DNA of 62,708 nucleotides, counting the filler, from Diploschistes diacapsis (Eukaryota), in assembly GCA_023645945.1 (NCBI GenBank). It is 9 parts of 9 records of this genome, joined end to end, with 100 filler letters (N's around TTAATTAATTAA, not from the genome) between each part and the next. Parts side by side here need not be neighbours in the genome. Positions count along the whole stretch, not along the records: positions 1 to 24,110 come from JALAIB010000247.1; positions 24,211 to 26,172 come from JALAIB010002475.1; positions 26,273 to 28,233 come from JALAIB010002476.1; positions 28,334 to 30,293 come from JALAIB010002477.1; positions 30,394 to 32,352 come from JALAIB010002478.1; positions 32,453 to 34,410 come from JALAIB010002479.1; positions 34,511 to 58,596 come from JALAIB010000248.1; 2 more parts are not named here. One strand, 5' to 3'. Of this stretch, positions 22,368 through 35,034 are shown in pieces (positions within the stretch are counted from its first letter, which is position 1; every line of letters starts with the position of its first letter). Below the pieces are notes generated by a model. The model was not told the DNA's origin and did not search any database. It saw only the letters and a list, made by a program, of their open reading frames with translations. A program made the position numbers and the translations under genes.

Positions 22368-23774
22368 TCAAGGCCTGGTAAGATGGAAGGCTCTATCGAG
22401 CTCCTCGTTGGCGGCCTGAATGCAATCATGCCCGTATACAAGGCTCTGAGTATTTGCGTCCATCCACTTGTCTGGCGATTCGCCCTTCTTCCCCTTCATA
22501 TTTGCTAGCATCTTATCGCGTTCCTCTTTGGCGGCGCCCTCTCCAAGGTGAATGGTCACACCTGATATGGCTGCAAGATTGACGAGAATTTCTGCACGGC
22601 TTTTCCGGACGCGTTCGTACACGCGCAACGCTTTGCTAATCGCGTCTGAAGATGAGTCGGGCATGCGTGATAGAGCTATACCCAAGACTGCAGCATCTTC
22701 GATGGCTTGTGCAGCGCCCTGCGCCAGATGAGGAAGCGTCGGATGGCATGCATCGCCCACTAGTGCAGTGGAACGATAACACCACGCTGGTAAAGGCTGG
22801 TGGACGCGCAGCTTCCACTCAGAGACATCGCCCTCGGGCACGAGCTTCAGTAATCTCTGGACCTTTGGGCAGAACTTCGAATACACAGAGAGCATGGCAG
22901 ATTTGGTGCCTTTCGTTGTGTAAGTGGCTGATGACGCCGCGGCAAAGTTCGTGTCCGGTTGAGTGGTGGACATGTTGAAGATACTCTTGCTCGCAACGGG
23001 ATAACCGATGATCATCCGGTTTTCACCAACCCAGCGGACTGCGTGGTTTCCGTCAATGAGCTCAAGGAGCTCAGGGTCATGCGCCATGTCCTTCCGCTTG
23101 ATCATGATCCTGTACGAAGCCTGTCCTGTATCCACTACCTCGGCTTTTGCTTCCAGTTGCTGAAGCAAGGCAACTCTGGTCTTGCTCTTGATTCCGTCAG
23201 CAGCGAGCAGGACGTCACACCCAACGCGGCGTAGATCCCCCCCCCTTGGAACAGCAACAAACGATGGAGTTGTCGGCGACACATCTACTCGATCCACCGT
23301 GGTAGAGAAGAAGAACGTGATGGCTTCTTCGCGCTTACACCCGTCAAAGATGGCATTCGCAAGTTCAGACCGATGCGCAACCATGTGCGGATAGCCAAAG
23401 TCCGCTCGTAGGTAATCCAGTTTCAGATTACCCAGCTCCCGGTCCGTGGACCCTTCTGCAACAAGAGCGTAGGTAGTTAGCAACCTAATAGATGAAACTT
23501 GAATGGCCGAAGTCCGTTGCTACATACCTTTGATACTTATCTCCGCCAAGTCCGTGGCATTCCGCGCAACATCTTCCCATACTCCTAGTCTGCTCAGTAT
23601 CCTGGCCATGTTGGGCGCGAGTTGGATGCCAGCCCCAACGAATCCGAGGCCGGCGGCTGATTCGTAGACTTGGATGTTCTTGAATCCACCCTTCGCCAGT
23701 GCCAGGGCCGTGGAGAGGCCGCCCATTCCGGCGCCGACGATGCATATCCGTAGATTTGCCACTTTGGGATGCAT
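22368..23774 (-). CDS. FAD-dependent monooxygenase (salicylate hydroxylase-like)
   Basis: GAGMGG Rossmann motif, AADGIKS, and LVGDACHPTLPHLAQGAAQAIEDA. Intron at 23456-23527. Confidence 0.92.
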
Positions 23775-24084
23775 TGTCGTGACGGCTTTGTCAGGCGCCC
23801 GGAAAGAACCACTGAATCCAGGACGACAGGGGTGATAGCGGTTGCTATTCGGTAGGAACGGAGCGCAATGGTCCAGTTACTTAGGTAGTCAATTTCGAAA
23901 GAGCAAGGGCGGCAAAACGCTCATCCTATCAACAACTGCATGTAAAAACCAAAGAACCAAAGGGGCAAAATATGTAGTCTACCTTCGAAGCTCGACAAAT
24001 ATATTCCCCTGTCCCATTACCTTCAACGCTGCATGGTAAAACGGAACCAACACGAAGCGCTTACTTGCTGGCTGCAGCATGATG

Positions 24085-24110
24085 ATCCCATCCCATCCCA
24101 TCCCATCCCA
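24085..24110 (+). repeat. (ATCCC)n microsatellite at a contig end
   Basis: Five ATCCC units running into the gap. Confidence 0.8.
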
Positions 24111-24210
24111 NNNNNNNNNNNNNNNNNNNNNNNNNNNNNNNNNNNNNNNNNNNNTTAATTAATTAANNNNNNNNNNNNNNNNNNNNNNNNNNNNNNNNNN
24201 NNNNNNNNNN
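24111..24210. other. Artificial assembly gap spacer N44-TTAATTAATTAA-N44
   Basis: The same spacer recurs near 26173, 28234, 30294, 32353, 34411, 58597 and 60653. It is a stop-in-all-frames linker. Confidence 0.95.
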
Positions 24211-24359
24211 TTTATATATTAATATATATACAAGAAACCCGTTATTTTTATAGGAACAACGAACTCCTTTATGATTATTAACAAAAATATTATCAATAAT
24301 ACTCTTTCTCGTATGGAATATATAATATTCGAAATGATCGATGCAGTTACGTCGGAGCT

Positions 24360-25800
24360 GGCGGAAATATAGAAGCAAAAACAGGCCATATTCGAAACTT
24401 AAGGAAACATAGCCGACAGTTTGTATTTTATTATTATACTAATATAATATAAACACAAGGCGCGCTGTCTAGGGAGACTTCCCTTGCTGTAGTAGGTAGG
24501 TAGTCGTAGATGGTGTAGTAGAGGTGTGCAGGGTGATCTCGTAGTCAAAAACATAGCTAGGTATGCCATTTATGAAATGTAGGATGCATGAATTCTCTAG
24601 AACTACCTAGCAGGCCTCTTTAAATGGAACTGCCCTATAAGGACCATTTTCATCAAGTCTGCCGCCTACTTTTATGTTTATATACGACCCCCCCCCTCAA
24701 TAGTTCGCTGTCCCATAATAAATTTTATATAAATCTCATTAATAAGAAATCTCCATCTCGCTATTTTTATACCTTAATATAGTCCTATACCTCTCCGATA
24801 ATTAAAATACCCAAAAACTCATCATCTTTAATATTCCTTTCTCGACGTAATCGTGCTTTTAAACTTATTCCTCTATATTTTATTTTTCTAAATACAACTA
24901 AACAGAAAAACGGTACCTATTTAAAGACATTTTTATCTCCGACCGTATTTATATTATCCGTAAATACTCCGCCAAATAAATACAACTAATAACACGTCCT
25001 ATAGCCTTCTTTCTCTTCTTTCATCGTCCTTCCTCTCGTCACGATTAGCAAGAAATCAACCGTAGATAAACAAATAAAAAGATAGGTAAGCAAACAAATT
25101 ATATAAAAACAATAAACAAATTAAACAGAAAAGCAAGAATACTATAAAGCTAATAAACAAAATAAATAACCGCGTAAGCAACAGACAGTACCTTATTATA
25201 AACCCTTAGAATCTTATAATATCTATTATATCCTATTCCCCTAATTATATTATCCATTACTCCCCGCTCTCTTCCTCCTCATCTTACCTAGATTCTATCT
25301 CTTCTAAGCTGAAGTTTAGATCATCCTCCTCCTTCTCGTCCTCCTCGTCCTCATCTTCCTCTTCCTCCTCGTCGGGAAAAGGCGTAAATTTCTTCATTTC
25401 TTAATAATCCATTCCTTCTCTTATTAATGTTTCAAAGAAGCTCTTTTTAATAGGATTATATAGTTCCTATTCGGCTAATTTAGTGGTAAAGAAATGCTAT
25501 TTTAACGCTAAGGTTACCCTTCTCGATCCATTTTTAGAAATAAACATCCCTAATTTCTAATCGGAAAATCTTCATTTATTTCTTTATAATAATAAGATCC
25601 GTCCACCTTCTCTTTCCTATTAACGCGTCCGAGATTATTTTAAACCAGATAACCTGAATTATTACTTTAAATAAATACGGTACGCTTCCATACATGTTAT
25701 AAAATCCAAATAACGACGAGAATTGTAAAGGATAAAATGCAGTAGTGTGGTAGTAATGGTCATAGTATTCATGAACTAATTTCTAGAGAAGAAAGTAGGA
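24360..25800 (-). mobile_element. RIP-degraded element, probably the 3' end of an LTR retrotransposon (acidic ORF remnant, PPT, LTR)
   Basis: Minus-strand purine tract GAGGGGGGGG near 24700, followed by LTR-like sequence. Upstream is a stop-riddled frame with a poly-E/D tract (25320-25380). TpA-rich. Confidence 0.35.
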
Positions 25801-26363
25801 GATTTCTTATTGAAAACTCCTTTTATGTGGGCCCGCGGCCTTGGCGCGATGTTAGAACTAAGGTTTTCCGTTCGCCCGAAAAACTGTTATAAATATCTAT
25901 TATAATTATCTTTTTCTTTCTTAATTCTAGATTTTTAGAACCGTTGTTTACGTTTATTTAAAGATTCCCGTAGAGGTCCCGATATATTCCCGTTAATTCC
26001 GCGGAAGCGTAACGGATATAAATCCGTTATTAAACGGGAAACTTGCCGGCACGGCCTCGATCAATTGATATACGGGTCGATGTCGGTTTCTAAATATACG
26101 GGACGCGGGTGTGAATCACGTATATCTATAGGTTATAATATATAGCAGTTTTATAAAATAAATATGCTAATANNNNNNNNNNNNNNNNNNNNNNNNNNNN
26201 NNNNNNNNNNNNNNNNTTAATTAATTAANNNNNNNNNNNNNNNNNNNNNNNNNNNNNNNNNNNNNNNNNNNNCCCGCGTTCGTGTCCGTACTAATTACCG
26301 GGAAACGTAATTTCAATAAACGATTAAACGTAATAAAGCAAGTATAAATCCGGGTTTATAACC

Positions 26364-26578
26364 TGTTTAATAACGTAATAAAGATATTAAAGTCTAAAGA
26401 TCTTATTTAAAAAGTTATTTTACTTTATAGACTTTTATCCTCGTGGGATACATTAAGCCCTACTACTTATATTATTCCTTATTCGGTCTAGTTGGAATTC
26501 TAGAAGGTTCAGCTGAACTGAACCTTCTTCTGGAAATCAGTTTTACTCCCAGCCATGCCTTCTGCCTGTCTGCTCAAC
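26364..26578. mobile_element. LTR copy of the copia family (solo or truncated)
   Basis: Aligns by eye to the LTRs at 31601-31839 and 32541-32780 (AGACTTTTATCCTCGTGGGAT..CGGTCTAGTTGGAATTCTA), with mainly transition differences. Confidence 0.75.
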
Positions 26579-27465
26579 TGATAAAACAAAATACTTTCGA
26601 CGAAAAACTATTATTATTAACGACCGGAAATATCCAGACCACACGATTTTTAAGGAATATAAAGATTATACATACGAATTCACGAAATACGAAATTATAA
26701 TCTATATTTTTTACGGACGAATCGCCATAAACGTTATCTTTTAGACATATTACGAAAACCTTTTAATAAACGAATAATATAAGAATCACCGCTTTCTATA
26801 CGACTGCAATAATCGAAATTATTATATTCACTATTACAGCTTAAAACGAAAATAGAATAAAAGAAACCTACCAACCTAGAATAAAAACAATCGTTATCAG
26901 AGATTTATTTCGCTTTCGAGACGTGTCGAATTAAGAAACACGACTATCCTAATTATGTGACAACGTGCCTATTAAATTATTATCGTAATAAATATTATAT
27001 GATTCCAATTTATTACGATTAGAAATTATAAGCTGATATGACCCGAAAACTTAACTTATTCGACGAAAAACTTATACATCTAAAATATACACGATAAAAC
27101 TATCGATTCTATAAAACAGCGAATTATAAATATTACGATAAAAGCTTTTACCTTATTAATAAATTTATTATAGAAAAAGCTAGAACTTATTAATTATAAA
27201 TTAAATTAAAAAACTATATACCATAGATATAAGCGCTAGCATAACGACTTTAAAACGATAAAAAATTTAAATTACCTTCGAAATTAAACCGGGTCGATAT
27301 ACCGTACAGGCATTAATCGATCCAGATATTATAATAAACGCCATCTCAACTTTTTATGTATAACGGTTAAAAATAAAGAATTACGAAGTGAAACAGAAAT
27401 ATATACTCGAAACCGTAACGACACGTAATACTTTATAAATCATTAAACGTACGTTACCGCTAATA

Positions 27466-27570
27466 ACGTATATGCATAGCGAGCGGATACTCATAGCGAG
27501 CGGACACCCTTCTCGATTCATACGAGTCGCAACTACATTTGCGCAATCAATTCTTACGATAATTCATTAT
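27466..27570 (+). mobile_element. Fot1/pogo-like transposon end
   Basis: TA followed by ACGT and an internal direct repeat CATAGCGAGCGGA x2, the usual layout of fungal pogo-type termini. The other end is not seen. Confidence 0.45.
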
Positions 27571-27598
27571 ATTAATTATCAGTATCTTCTTTAGAAGC

Positions 27599-27978
27599 TG
27601 TCAGAATACTAACCTAAATAGGTTAGTCAGATTGCTTATTAAGCTTCTAGCATGTTCGAATATTCTAGGACATAATAGAATATCATCGAAGATTATGGAA
27701 TATTATAGAATATTCGGCTTACTAATGCATGGAATAGTTTAGAAGGATAAGGAACATTCTAGATTAAGTTATTACTAATCACACTAGCGTGAAATGTGCC
27801 TATAAAGGCCTCTCACCCTCCATCATTCTTAGTTATAACTTTCAACCTCTTCATTATAATCATTGAACAATAGTCAGCTACCAGGCTAGGCAAGCTAGGA
27901 GTATTTCCTAGTTAGGACTAGCTGCAGAATACACTCTTAGTCATCAGTTACCTATTAGGACTTCTACCACTTTCAATA
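27599..27978 (+). mobile_element. Probable solo LTR
   Basis: Begins TGTCAG, contains TATAAAA, ends ..TTTCAATA (possibly RIP of CAACA), and differs in composition from its flanks. Confidence 0.4.
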
Positions 27979-28594
27979 ATTTTCGAAATCGTTTTTTTAA
28001 TTTTCGCGATATTCATTATAATTATATCGAATTTCGATATTATTTAAAATAATATAAACTTAACCGTCGATAACGATCGTTCGATTATATTATTTAAAAT
28101 ATTTATTTTAAAAAAATATTTAAACACTACAAGTTTTATTTTTATAAAATAGACACGAGATATTAATTAAAATAAATTTAATCTCGTATAAAAGAAGAGT
28201 GTAAATATTAAAAAATTAATTATAAGTTTATACNNNNNNNNNNNNNNNNNNNNNNNNNNNNNNNNNNNNNNNNNNNNTTAATTAATTAANNNNNNNNNNN
28301 NNNNNNNNNNNNNNNNNNNNNNNNNNNNNNNNNTTTATAAATATTTCTAATTATTATTCGGGATTAATCTATATTCGTTATTTTTATTATTAAAGAACTT
28401 TCTTTCTAAAGATAGTTTAAGACCTATAACTACTCTATCTTCTTTTCCTGCCACATTCTTCTTCTAATAGAGACCAAACCTACCTCGATCCTACTCGTGT
28501 ATACCTTGTATAGATAGAGATCATAACAGGATACCGCAGCTAAAAAATCTAAAACACGGACACGGCCGTGTCAGTGTCAGTGACGGCCAGCCTA

Positions 28595-29411
28595 GTTCAA
28601 ATCTAGACTATATAATGAATAATCGATAACCCAGACGCCGAAATTTTCTAAAAACGTTTTAACAGCGTTTACAGTATAAATAAAAATATTATTTTGTATA
28701 AATCCTTATCCAGGCTCGTAGATTTAAGGCAGAATATCCCTTAATAAAACATAATAAGCTTCGGCGGTAATATTTCGTTCATTTATATAATAATCTTCGA
28801 AGAAATACCACACGACGCGTTTATCGGCCCTTATACCAGCCCAAAACATAATACTTTCCTTATTTTTAATCGTTTTTGCTAAGTGATCGGGAAGCTATTG
28901 TTCTTTTATATATCTTTATGCCCATTTTCGTACTTCATTACTTCCTATTATTGTAGAGCACTCGTCTATAAACCAAATATTAATAAAATCCTCGGCGCGT
29001 TAAGTTTAATATATTCGGGAATGTTTCAGACGTTTTTCCGCATCTTTAAATTTTAAATATGGCTTCTACCGCATTCTATATTTTTTAAAAAAGGGGTCAA
29101 TATCGCGGAATCTTCGACGCATTATATTTTTGCTAATAAACGAGATATCGAGCTATTTAAACTATTTAAATTTTAAATGGCGTCTGGCCGTTCGATAAAG
29201 TTTATTTTTTTAATTTTCGGACGTTATTCGAGGTCTTCCGGAGCGCTTTAGATTACTTTAATCTTCGTTAAGTTTTAAAACCTTTGCTATTGTCTTTTTA
29301 ATTATAGAATAAAGAATATTTAGTCTATTAACTATATTTTTAAGAATAATATCTGATCTATATACGTCTATAAGCTCAAAGCGCTCCCAGAGCTTTAAAC
29401 GACGATATGAT
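28595..29411 (-). mobile_element. RIP-degraded Tc1/mariner transposase fragment
   Basis: Minus frame IMFWAGI...GFIQNNIFIYTVNAVKTFLENFGVWVIDYSLYSLDLN matches RIP-mutated FMQDNAPIH...WVIDxPPYSPDLN. It is cut at DLN by a foldback-element end and at the other side by an LTR. Confidence 0.7.
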
Positions 29412-30293
29412 TGTTACGATCCAAGTACCAGACTTGGCACGTCCCAGCTTTCTATATATAGCCAACCACGGTGACAGGGGTTACGTGACTAATAGATACC
29501 CTTTAATATATGTCTGTTAGAAATAGATCTACTCGAATATTTATTTATCAATAATAACGCTGTTACGACAGCTTGCTATCGGCAACTAGCTATCAGCTTA
29601 AATTATATAAAAACGTTACCGTAGCTTTCATAAATTTAAGACGTGTTTACTTTTATAGACATCCTTAATTATTACTCGGGATTAATTTATATTTATTTTA
29701 TAAAGATAAAGATTATAACACTTAAATACCCTTAAGAATGAATGTCATAGATAGCATAACCGGGCGATCGTTATCGATGACTAGATCCGTATTATTTCGA
29801 GTATTCAGGGCAGTAACGTTATTAGATAAAACCGATATCCCGATAACGGATATAACGGAAGTTAGAAACGACGACCCTAAAAGTAATAATAAATTTAACG
29901 AAGATAAACCGTATAAAGAACCTACTATAAAAGTTATAAAATTAATAACGTTCTATAAAGATCGAAAGAAATTAAAGTATTAAATATTTTAATTTTTAAT
30001 ATACTTCTATTGGAATCCGTATATCATAAACGATTAAAGAAAATGAATAGTTTTCGTCGTAGGATTTATGCGTGACCGCGTATTAATATAAATGAAACCT
30101 TATCTCGACGTATATTTAAGAAGTCAGGAAGATAATTACGGAATATTTAAAAATTTCGCGGGGTTTAAAAAATAGGTTCGACTGGCCTTCGAAATAATTA
30201 ACGATAGAGAATATGCGATTCGAGTTATTAAGATAATTAATTAAAGAAGCTCGGTTTTAGAATACACGGCGAAATTTTAAGAATACGTTAGAT
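29412..30293 (+). mobile_element. Ty3/gypsy retrotransposon 5' end (LTR 29412-29720 plus gag), RIP-mutated
   Basis: LTR TGTTACGA..TATAACA. The gag-like frame from 29738 reads TFYKDRKKL...FVVGFMRDRVLI*MKPYL...SVLEYTAKF. A second copy lies at ~33836-34410. Confidence 0.75.
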
Positions 30294-30416
30294 NNNNNNN
30301 NNNNNNNNNNNNNNNNNNNNNNNNNNNNNNNNNNNNNTTAATTAATTAANNNNNNNNNNNNNNNNNNNNNNNNNNNNNNNNNNNNNNNNNNNNCAAGCTC
30401 GCCAAATGGTTCAAAA

Positions 30417-31264
30417 TAGGCTGGCCGTTTCGTGCCACGGTCACTGACACGGACACTGCAGCAAAAATTTTCAAAACACGGACACTGACACGGACACGAC
30501 AGCTAAAATTTTAAAACACGGACACTAACACGGATACTACATTACAGTAAAAGCACGGACACGGATACTATAATTAAAAATTTTAAAACATTAATATTAA
30601 TAAGGACACTGCACTTCCGTAAATCCACGGACACGGAAACCGCAGCTAAAAAATCTAAAACACGGACACTAACACTGTCAATATCCGTGTCACTAACACG
30701 GCCGTGTCAGTGATACGGACACTGATAATATCAGTGTCCGTGTTTTAGATTTTTTAGCTTCGGTGTCCGTGTCCGTGGATTCACGGAAATGTAATGTTCG
30801 TATTAGTATTAATATTTTAAAATTTTTAATTATAATATCCGTGTTCGTGTTTTTATTATAATATAGTATCCGTGTTAGTGTCCGTATCGAAAAAATTTTT
30901 ATTACGGTGTTCGTGTCCGTGCATTTATCGAAACATTTTAAATTATTTTTTTAATTTTAATAATTCTAGAATTATCACGTTTATTTCTTACGCTTTTATT
31001 TTTTTAAAAAAATTTTATTACGGTGTTTCGGTAGATTTATTATAATGTTTCGGTGGATTTACGGAAATGTAGTGTCCGTGTTAATATTAATGTTTTAAAA
31101 TTTTTAATTATAATATCCGTGTCCGTGCTTTTATTGCAGTGTAGTGTCCGTGTCAGTATCCGTGTTTTAAAATTTTAGCTGTCGTGTCCGTGTCAGTGTC
31201 CGTGTTTTGAAAATTTTTGCTGTAGTGTCCGTGTCAGTGACCGTGGCACGAAACGGCCAGCCTA
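30417..31264. mobile_element. hAT-like non-autonomous foldback element with ~210-bp inverted arms
   Basis: TAGGCTGGCCGTTTCGTGCCACGGTCACTGACAC... at 30417 is the reverse complement of the sequence ending at 31264. Internal ACACGG/ACACTG hexamer arrays. Related ends at 28529-28594 and 58349-58596. Confidence 0.8.
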
Positions 31265-31600
31265 TTTTAAACTAAACGAAAACTAGCCGTCACCTACCAA
31301 AATTCTTTAAATCTACTGATTTCAAAGAATATGACCACATAACGCCTATATAACGTCGAAAAAACGTTTTTTTAATATTTTTACTGAAGTCTACGCATGA
31401 AACCGCTTATAATGATATATTTAAAAAACATATTTTTTACTGCGTTATAACCGAATTTGAAAGATAAAATAATACGTGTTTTCGAGTCATTATTTTTAAT
31501 TCGCTTTTAAAAAATAACTGCTGACATAATCAATGTGCACTTTCCGGGTATAATAGAAAATAGAATTGATAGTAATGTTTCGAAACAAAATCAAAATAAC

Positions 31601-32352
31601 TGTTTGGCAACGTAATGGATATATTGAAGTCTAGAGGTCTTCTCCAGGAGGTTATCCTACTTTACAGACTTTTATCCTCGTGGGATATGTTAAGCCTTAT
31701 TACCTATACTATTCCTTAATCGGTCTAGTTGGAATTCTAAGAGGTTTAACTAAACTGAACCTCGGAGTTCAGCTAAACTAGATTTTTTTCTAGAATTTAG
31801 TCGAACTTCTAGCCATGCTTTCTGCTTATCTATTTAATATTTCCCCACAGGCGGAATCGTTCGGTATATTTATATAATCTAACTAAATATCTTTTAAACT
31901 AAACCGAGTTTCTTAATAAAAACGTCGTGTTTCGAGTAGTTCAATAGCTTCGTAAGTTTATTAACAACCATTTTATCGGTAAGGACATAAGATACCCTAA
32001 TACGTCCTTGCTTAACAAGATCTCGTACGTAATAATAAGCAATATCGACGTGTTTTGAACGATCGTTGATTCTTACGTATTTCACTAGGTTTAAAGAACT
32101 AATATTATTATCGAGTAAATTAACAATATATAAAAATAATCCTATAAGATCAAGATAACTAATCTTTTTTAAAAATTATAAACATTATAAGACCTATTTA
32201 ACGACGTAAGATAAATCAATATATTTAATTTCTATAATTAACGTTAAAATTGAATTCTATTTCTTACTTATTTAAGATATTGGTTCACCGTATAGTTGGA
32301 AGATATATCCATACGTAAACTTTCGATCTAACTTGTTTCCCCTATAATCTAT
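31601..32352 (-). mobile_element. Ty1/copia retrotransposon 3' end (RNase H plus LTR 31601-31839), RIP-mutated
   Basis: RSKHVDIAYYYVRD...DKMVVNKLTK corresponds to the copia RNase H motif KHIDIxYHFVR..DMxADxLTK. A short PPT-like tract adjoins the LTR. Confidence 0.85.
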
Positions 32353-32540
32353 NNNNNNNNNNNNNNNNNNNNNNNNNNNNNNNNNNNNNNNNNNNNTTAA
32401 TTAATTAANNNNNNNNNNNNNNNNNNNNNNNNNNNNNNNNNNNNNNNNNNNNGTAGATAATAAAAGTAAAGATTGCTTATATATTAATTAAACTTCTTAG
32501 TTACGAAAATAATATCTGGTTTAATATAAATTATTATATA

Positions 32541-33835
32541 TGTTTGGCAACGTAATGGATATATTGAAGTCTAGAGGTCTTATCCTATGAAGATATTTTA
32601 TTACGTAGACTTTTATATCCTACGGGATCCGCTAAACCTTATTACCAATATTACTCCCAATCGGTCTAGTCAGAATTCTAAGAGATTCAGCTAAACTGAA
32701 CCTTAAAGTTCAATTGAACTGAATTTCCGATTAAAATTTAGTCGAACTCCCAGCCATACCTTTTATCTATCTATTTAACATTCTTTCACAGGCGGAATCG
32801 TTTAGTATATTTATATAATTTAATTAGATATCTTTTAGATTAAATCGAGTTCTTTAATAAAAACGTCGTATTTCGAGTAATTTAGTAGTTTTATAAGCTC
32901 GTCAGCAACCATTTTATCGATAGAAATATAAGATATTTTAATGCGTTCTTACTTGACAAGATCTCGTACGTGATAATAAGTAATATTAACGTGTTTTGAA
33001 CGATCGTTGATCTTCGCGTGTTTTATTAAATCTAAAGAACCAATATTATTATCGAATAGATTAATAATATATAGAAATGGTTCTATAAGGTCAGCATAAT
33101 TAATATTTTTTAAAAATTATAAACATTATAAAGCTTATTTAGCGACGTTAGATAAACCAATATATTTAGCTTTTATAATTAATGTTGAAACTGAACTCTA
33201 TTTCTTATTTATTTAAGATATTGGTCCACCGTATAGTTAAAAGATATATTTATATATAAACTTTCGATCTAATTTATTTCTTTTATAATTGTTACGATCC
33301 AAGGGACTAGGTGGTAGCCACTTGGCACTTCACAGCTGATCGGGCCTAACCCAACCACTCCTTATATATAGTCCAATCATGATGACACCGGTCACGTGAT
33401 GAATAAAAAGCCTTAAAGGTTATTCTACCCTCTATAGGTAGAACGAGAGAACGGTAATTCTACCTATCTATTGATCTACTCCGCTAAAGGAGCAGTTGGC
33501 TATATAAGAACTTCCATCATGGCTCCTTTAAGTCCTGGTATGTTTACTTTTATAGACATCCCTAGTCATTGCTCGGGATCAATTTATATTCGTTATTTCT
33601 ATTACTAGAGAACCTTCTTTCTAGAGACAGTCTAAGACCTATAACTACTCTATCTTCTTCTCCTGCTTATACTCCTCTTCTAACAGAGACCAAACCCACC
33701 TTGATCAATACCTCGTGTCTACCTTGTAGAGATAAAGATCATAACAATAATCTGTATTAAAATATTCCCGTAATTTCGAAAATTTAGATTTAGTATTAAA
33801 TTAAACTTTAATATCCTTTATCTTTCGAATATAAC
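32541..33835 (-). mobile_element. Second copia 3' end (LTR 32541-32780), interrupted by a solo LTR
   Basis: Near-duplicate of 31601-32352. Frame EYFNTDY..DRK..YIF*LYGGPIS*..KK*SSVST is consistent with RIP of GYSDADY..DRKS..GGPISW.SKKQ. Confidence 0.85.
33290..33746 (+). mobile_element. Solo gypsy LTR with a 5-bp target-site duplication
   Basis: TGTTACGA...CATAACA flanked by ATAAT at 33285-33289 and 33747-33751. Confidence 0.9.
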
Positions 33836-34410
33836 GAAGTAGTTTCTTTAAGTTCTGATATGTTTATTTTCATAAACATCCTTAACGATTGCTCGGGATC
33901 AATTTATATTCGTTATTTCTATTATTAAAAAGCCTTCTTTCTAAAAATAGTTTAAGACTTATAACTATTCTATCTTTTTTTCTTATTTATACTTCTTTTC
34001 TAAACGAGATCAAATTTACCTTAATTAATACCTCGTGTCTATTTTATAGAAATAAAGATTATAACACTTAAACATCCTTAAAAATGAATGTCTCAAATAG
34101 TATAACCGGGCGATCGTTATCGATAATTAGATCCGCATTATTTTACGTATTTAGGGTAATAACGCCATTAAATGAAACCGATGTCCCGATAACGGACATT
34201 ACGAAAGCTAAAAGCGACGATCTCGGAAGTAACGATGAATTTAACGAAGATAAATTGTATAGAAAACTTATTATAAAAGCTATAAAATCAATAACGTTCT
34301 ATAAAAATCGAAAGAAATTAAAATATTAGATATTTTAATTCTTAATATATTTCTATTAGAACTCGTATATCATAAACGATTAAAGGAAACGGATTATTTT
34401 CGTCGTAGGA
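33836..34410 (+). mobile_element. Partial gypsy LTR plus gag start (second copy)
   Basis: ORF 34084-34329 is paralogous to 29738-29983, differing mainly by transitions. Confidence 0.75.
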
Positions 34411-34672
34411 NNNNNNNNNNNNNNNNNNNNNNNNNNNNNNNNNNNNNNNNNNNNTTAATTAATTAANNNNNNNNNNNNNNNNNNNNNNNNNNNNNNNNNN
34501 NNNNNNNNNNTTCCTCCACAGTCCATCCGCAACCCCCCCCGAAATGTCTAGGCCCCCAGCGCACATCTCTTCCAAAGCGGCCCTTCCCGTTCCCGTTCCC
34601 CATTTCGCCTCCGCTCCCTTTCCTATTCGCTGTCCCTCTTCCTACACGCTAAAGAACAACTCTGCCACATAC

Positions 34673-34904
34673 CGTTCTCCCAGTTCTGCCTCCACCACGC
34701 AGCGTCCGACCCGACATTATTCGGGCGCTGTTGTGATTGATGTTGTTGTTGCTGTTGCTGGAATGGATTCCCGCCACCGCCGCCGCCGCCGCCGCCGCCG
34801 AACATTTGCTCGAAGATGTTGAATTGGGCGTGCGCTAAAGGAAGGAGGGTTGTGAGGAGAAGAATGAGGGAGAGGAGGAGGGTGGAAAAAAGAAGGGGGG
34901 CCAT
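34673..34904 (-). CDS. LCL2: Long chronological lifespan protein 2, first exon (remainder not found before the gap)
   Basis: Signal peptide, then AQFNIFEQMFGGGG..QQQQ..NVGSDAAWWRQNWEN, then a GTATGT donor at 34672. Confidence 0.8.
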
Positions 34905-35034
34905 GATGGCGGAGAGGGCAGGAGGAGGAAGTATGTGGCAGTTATGGGATTCCCTATGGGTTTGAATGAAAGCGAGAGATGGCCAAAGTTCTGTGGTGGA
35001 TGTGGATGATTAGTAAGCCATTCAATCTAAGTTA

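Larger units (their letters stand above)
26580..28233 (+). mobile_element. RIP-degraded gypsy-like gag/protease relic interrupted by insertions
   Basis: YTVQALIDPDIIINAIS at ~27298-27350 resembles the retroviral protease ALIDSGA..NAIS after RIP. Many TAA stops. Confidence 0.45.

Noticed and set aside
22368..23774. Secondary-metabolite gene cluster around the FAD monooxygenase
   Set aside because: No PKS, NRPS, terpene cyclase or other tailoring genes nearby.
24155..24166. TTAATTAATTAA palindrome recurring between N runs
   Set aside because: Artificial scaffolding linker.
30417..31264. CRISPR-like or telomeric repeat array
   Set aside because: Eukaryotic context, no unique spacers and no TTAGGG. 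The repeats are subterminal hexamers of a TIR element.
33569..34071. Duplicated ~60-aa ORFs MLGINLYSLFLLL
   Set aside because: They lie within LTR copies and do not start with ATG.
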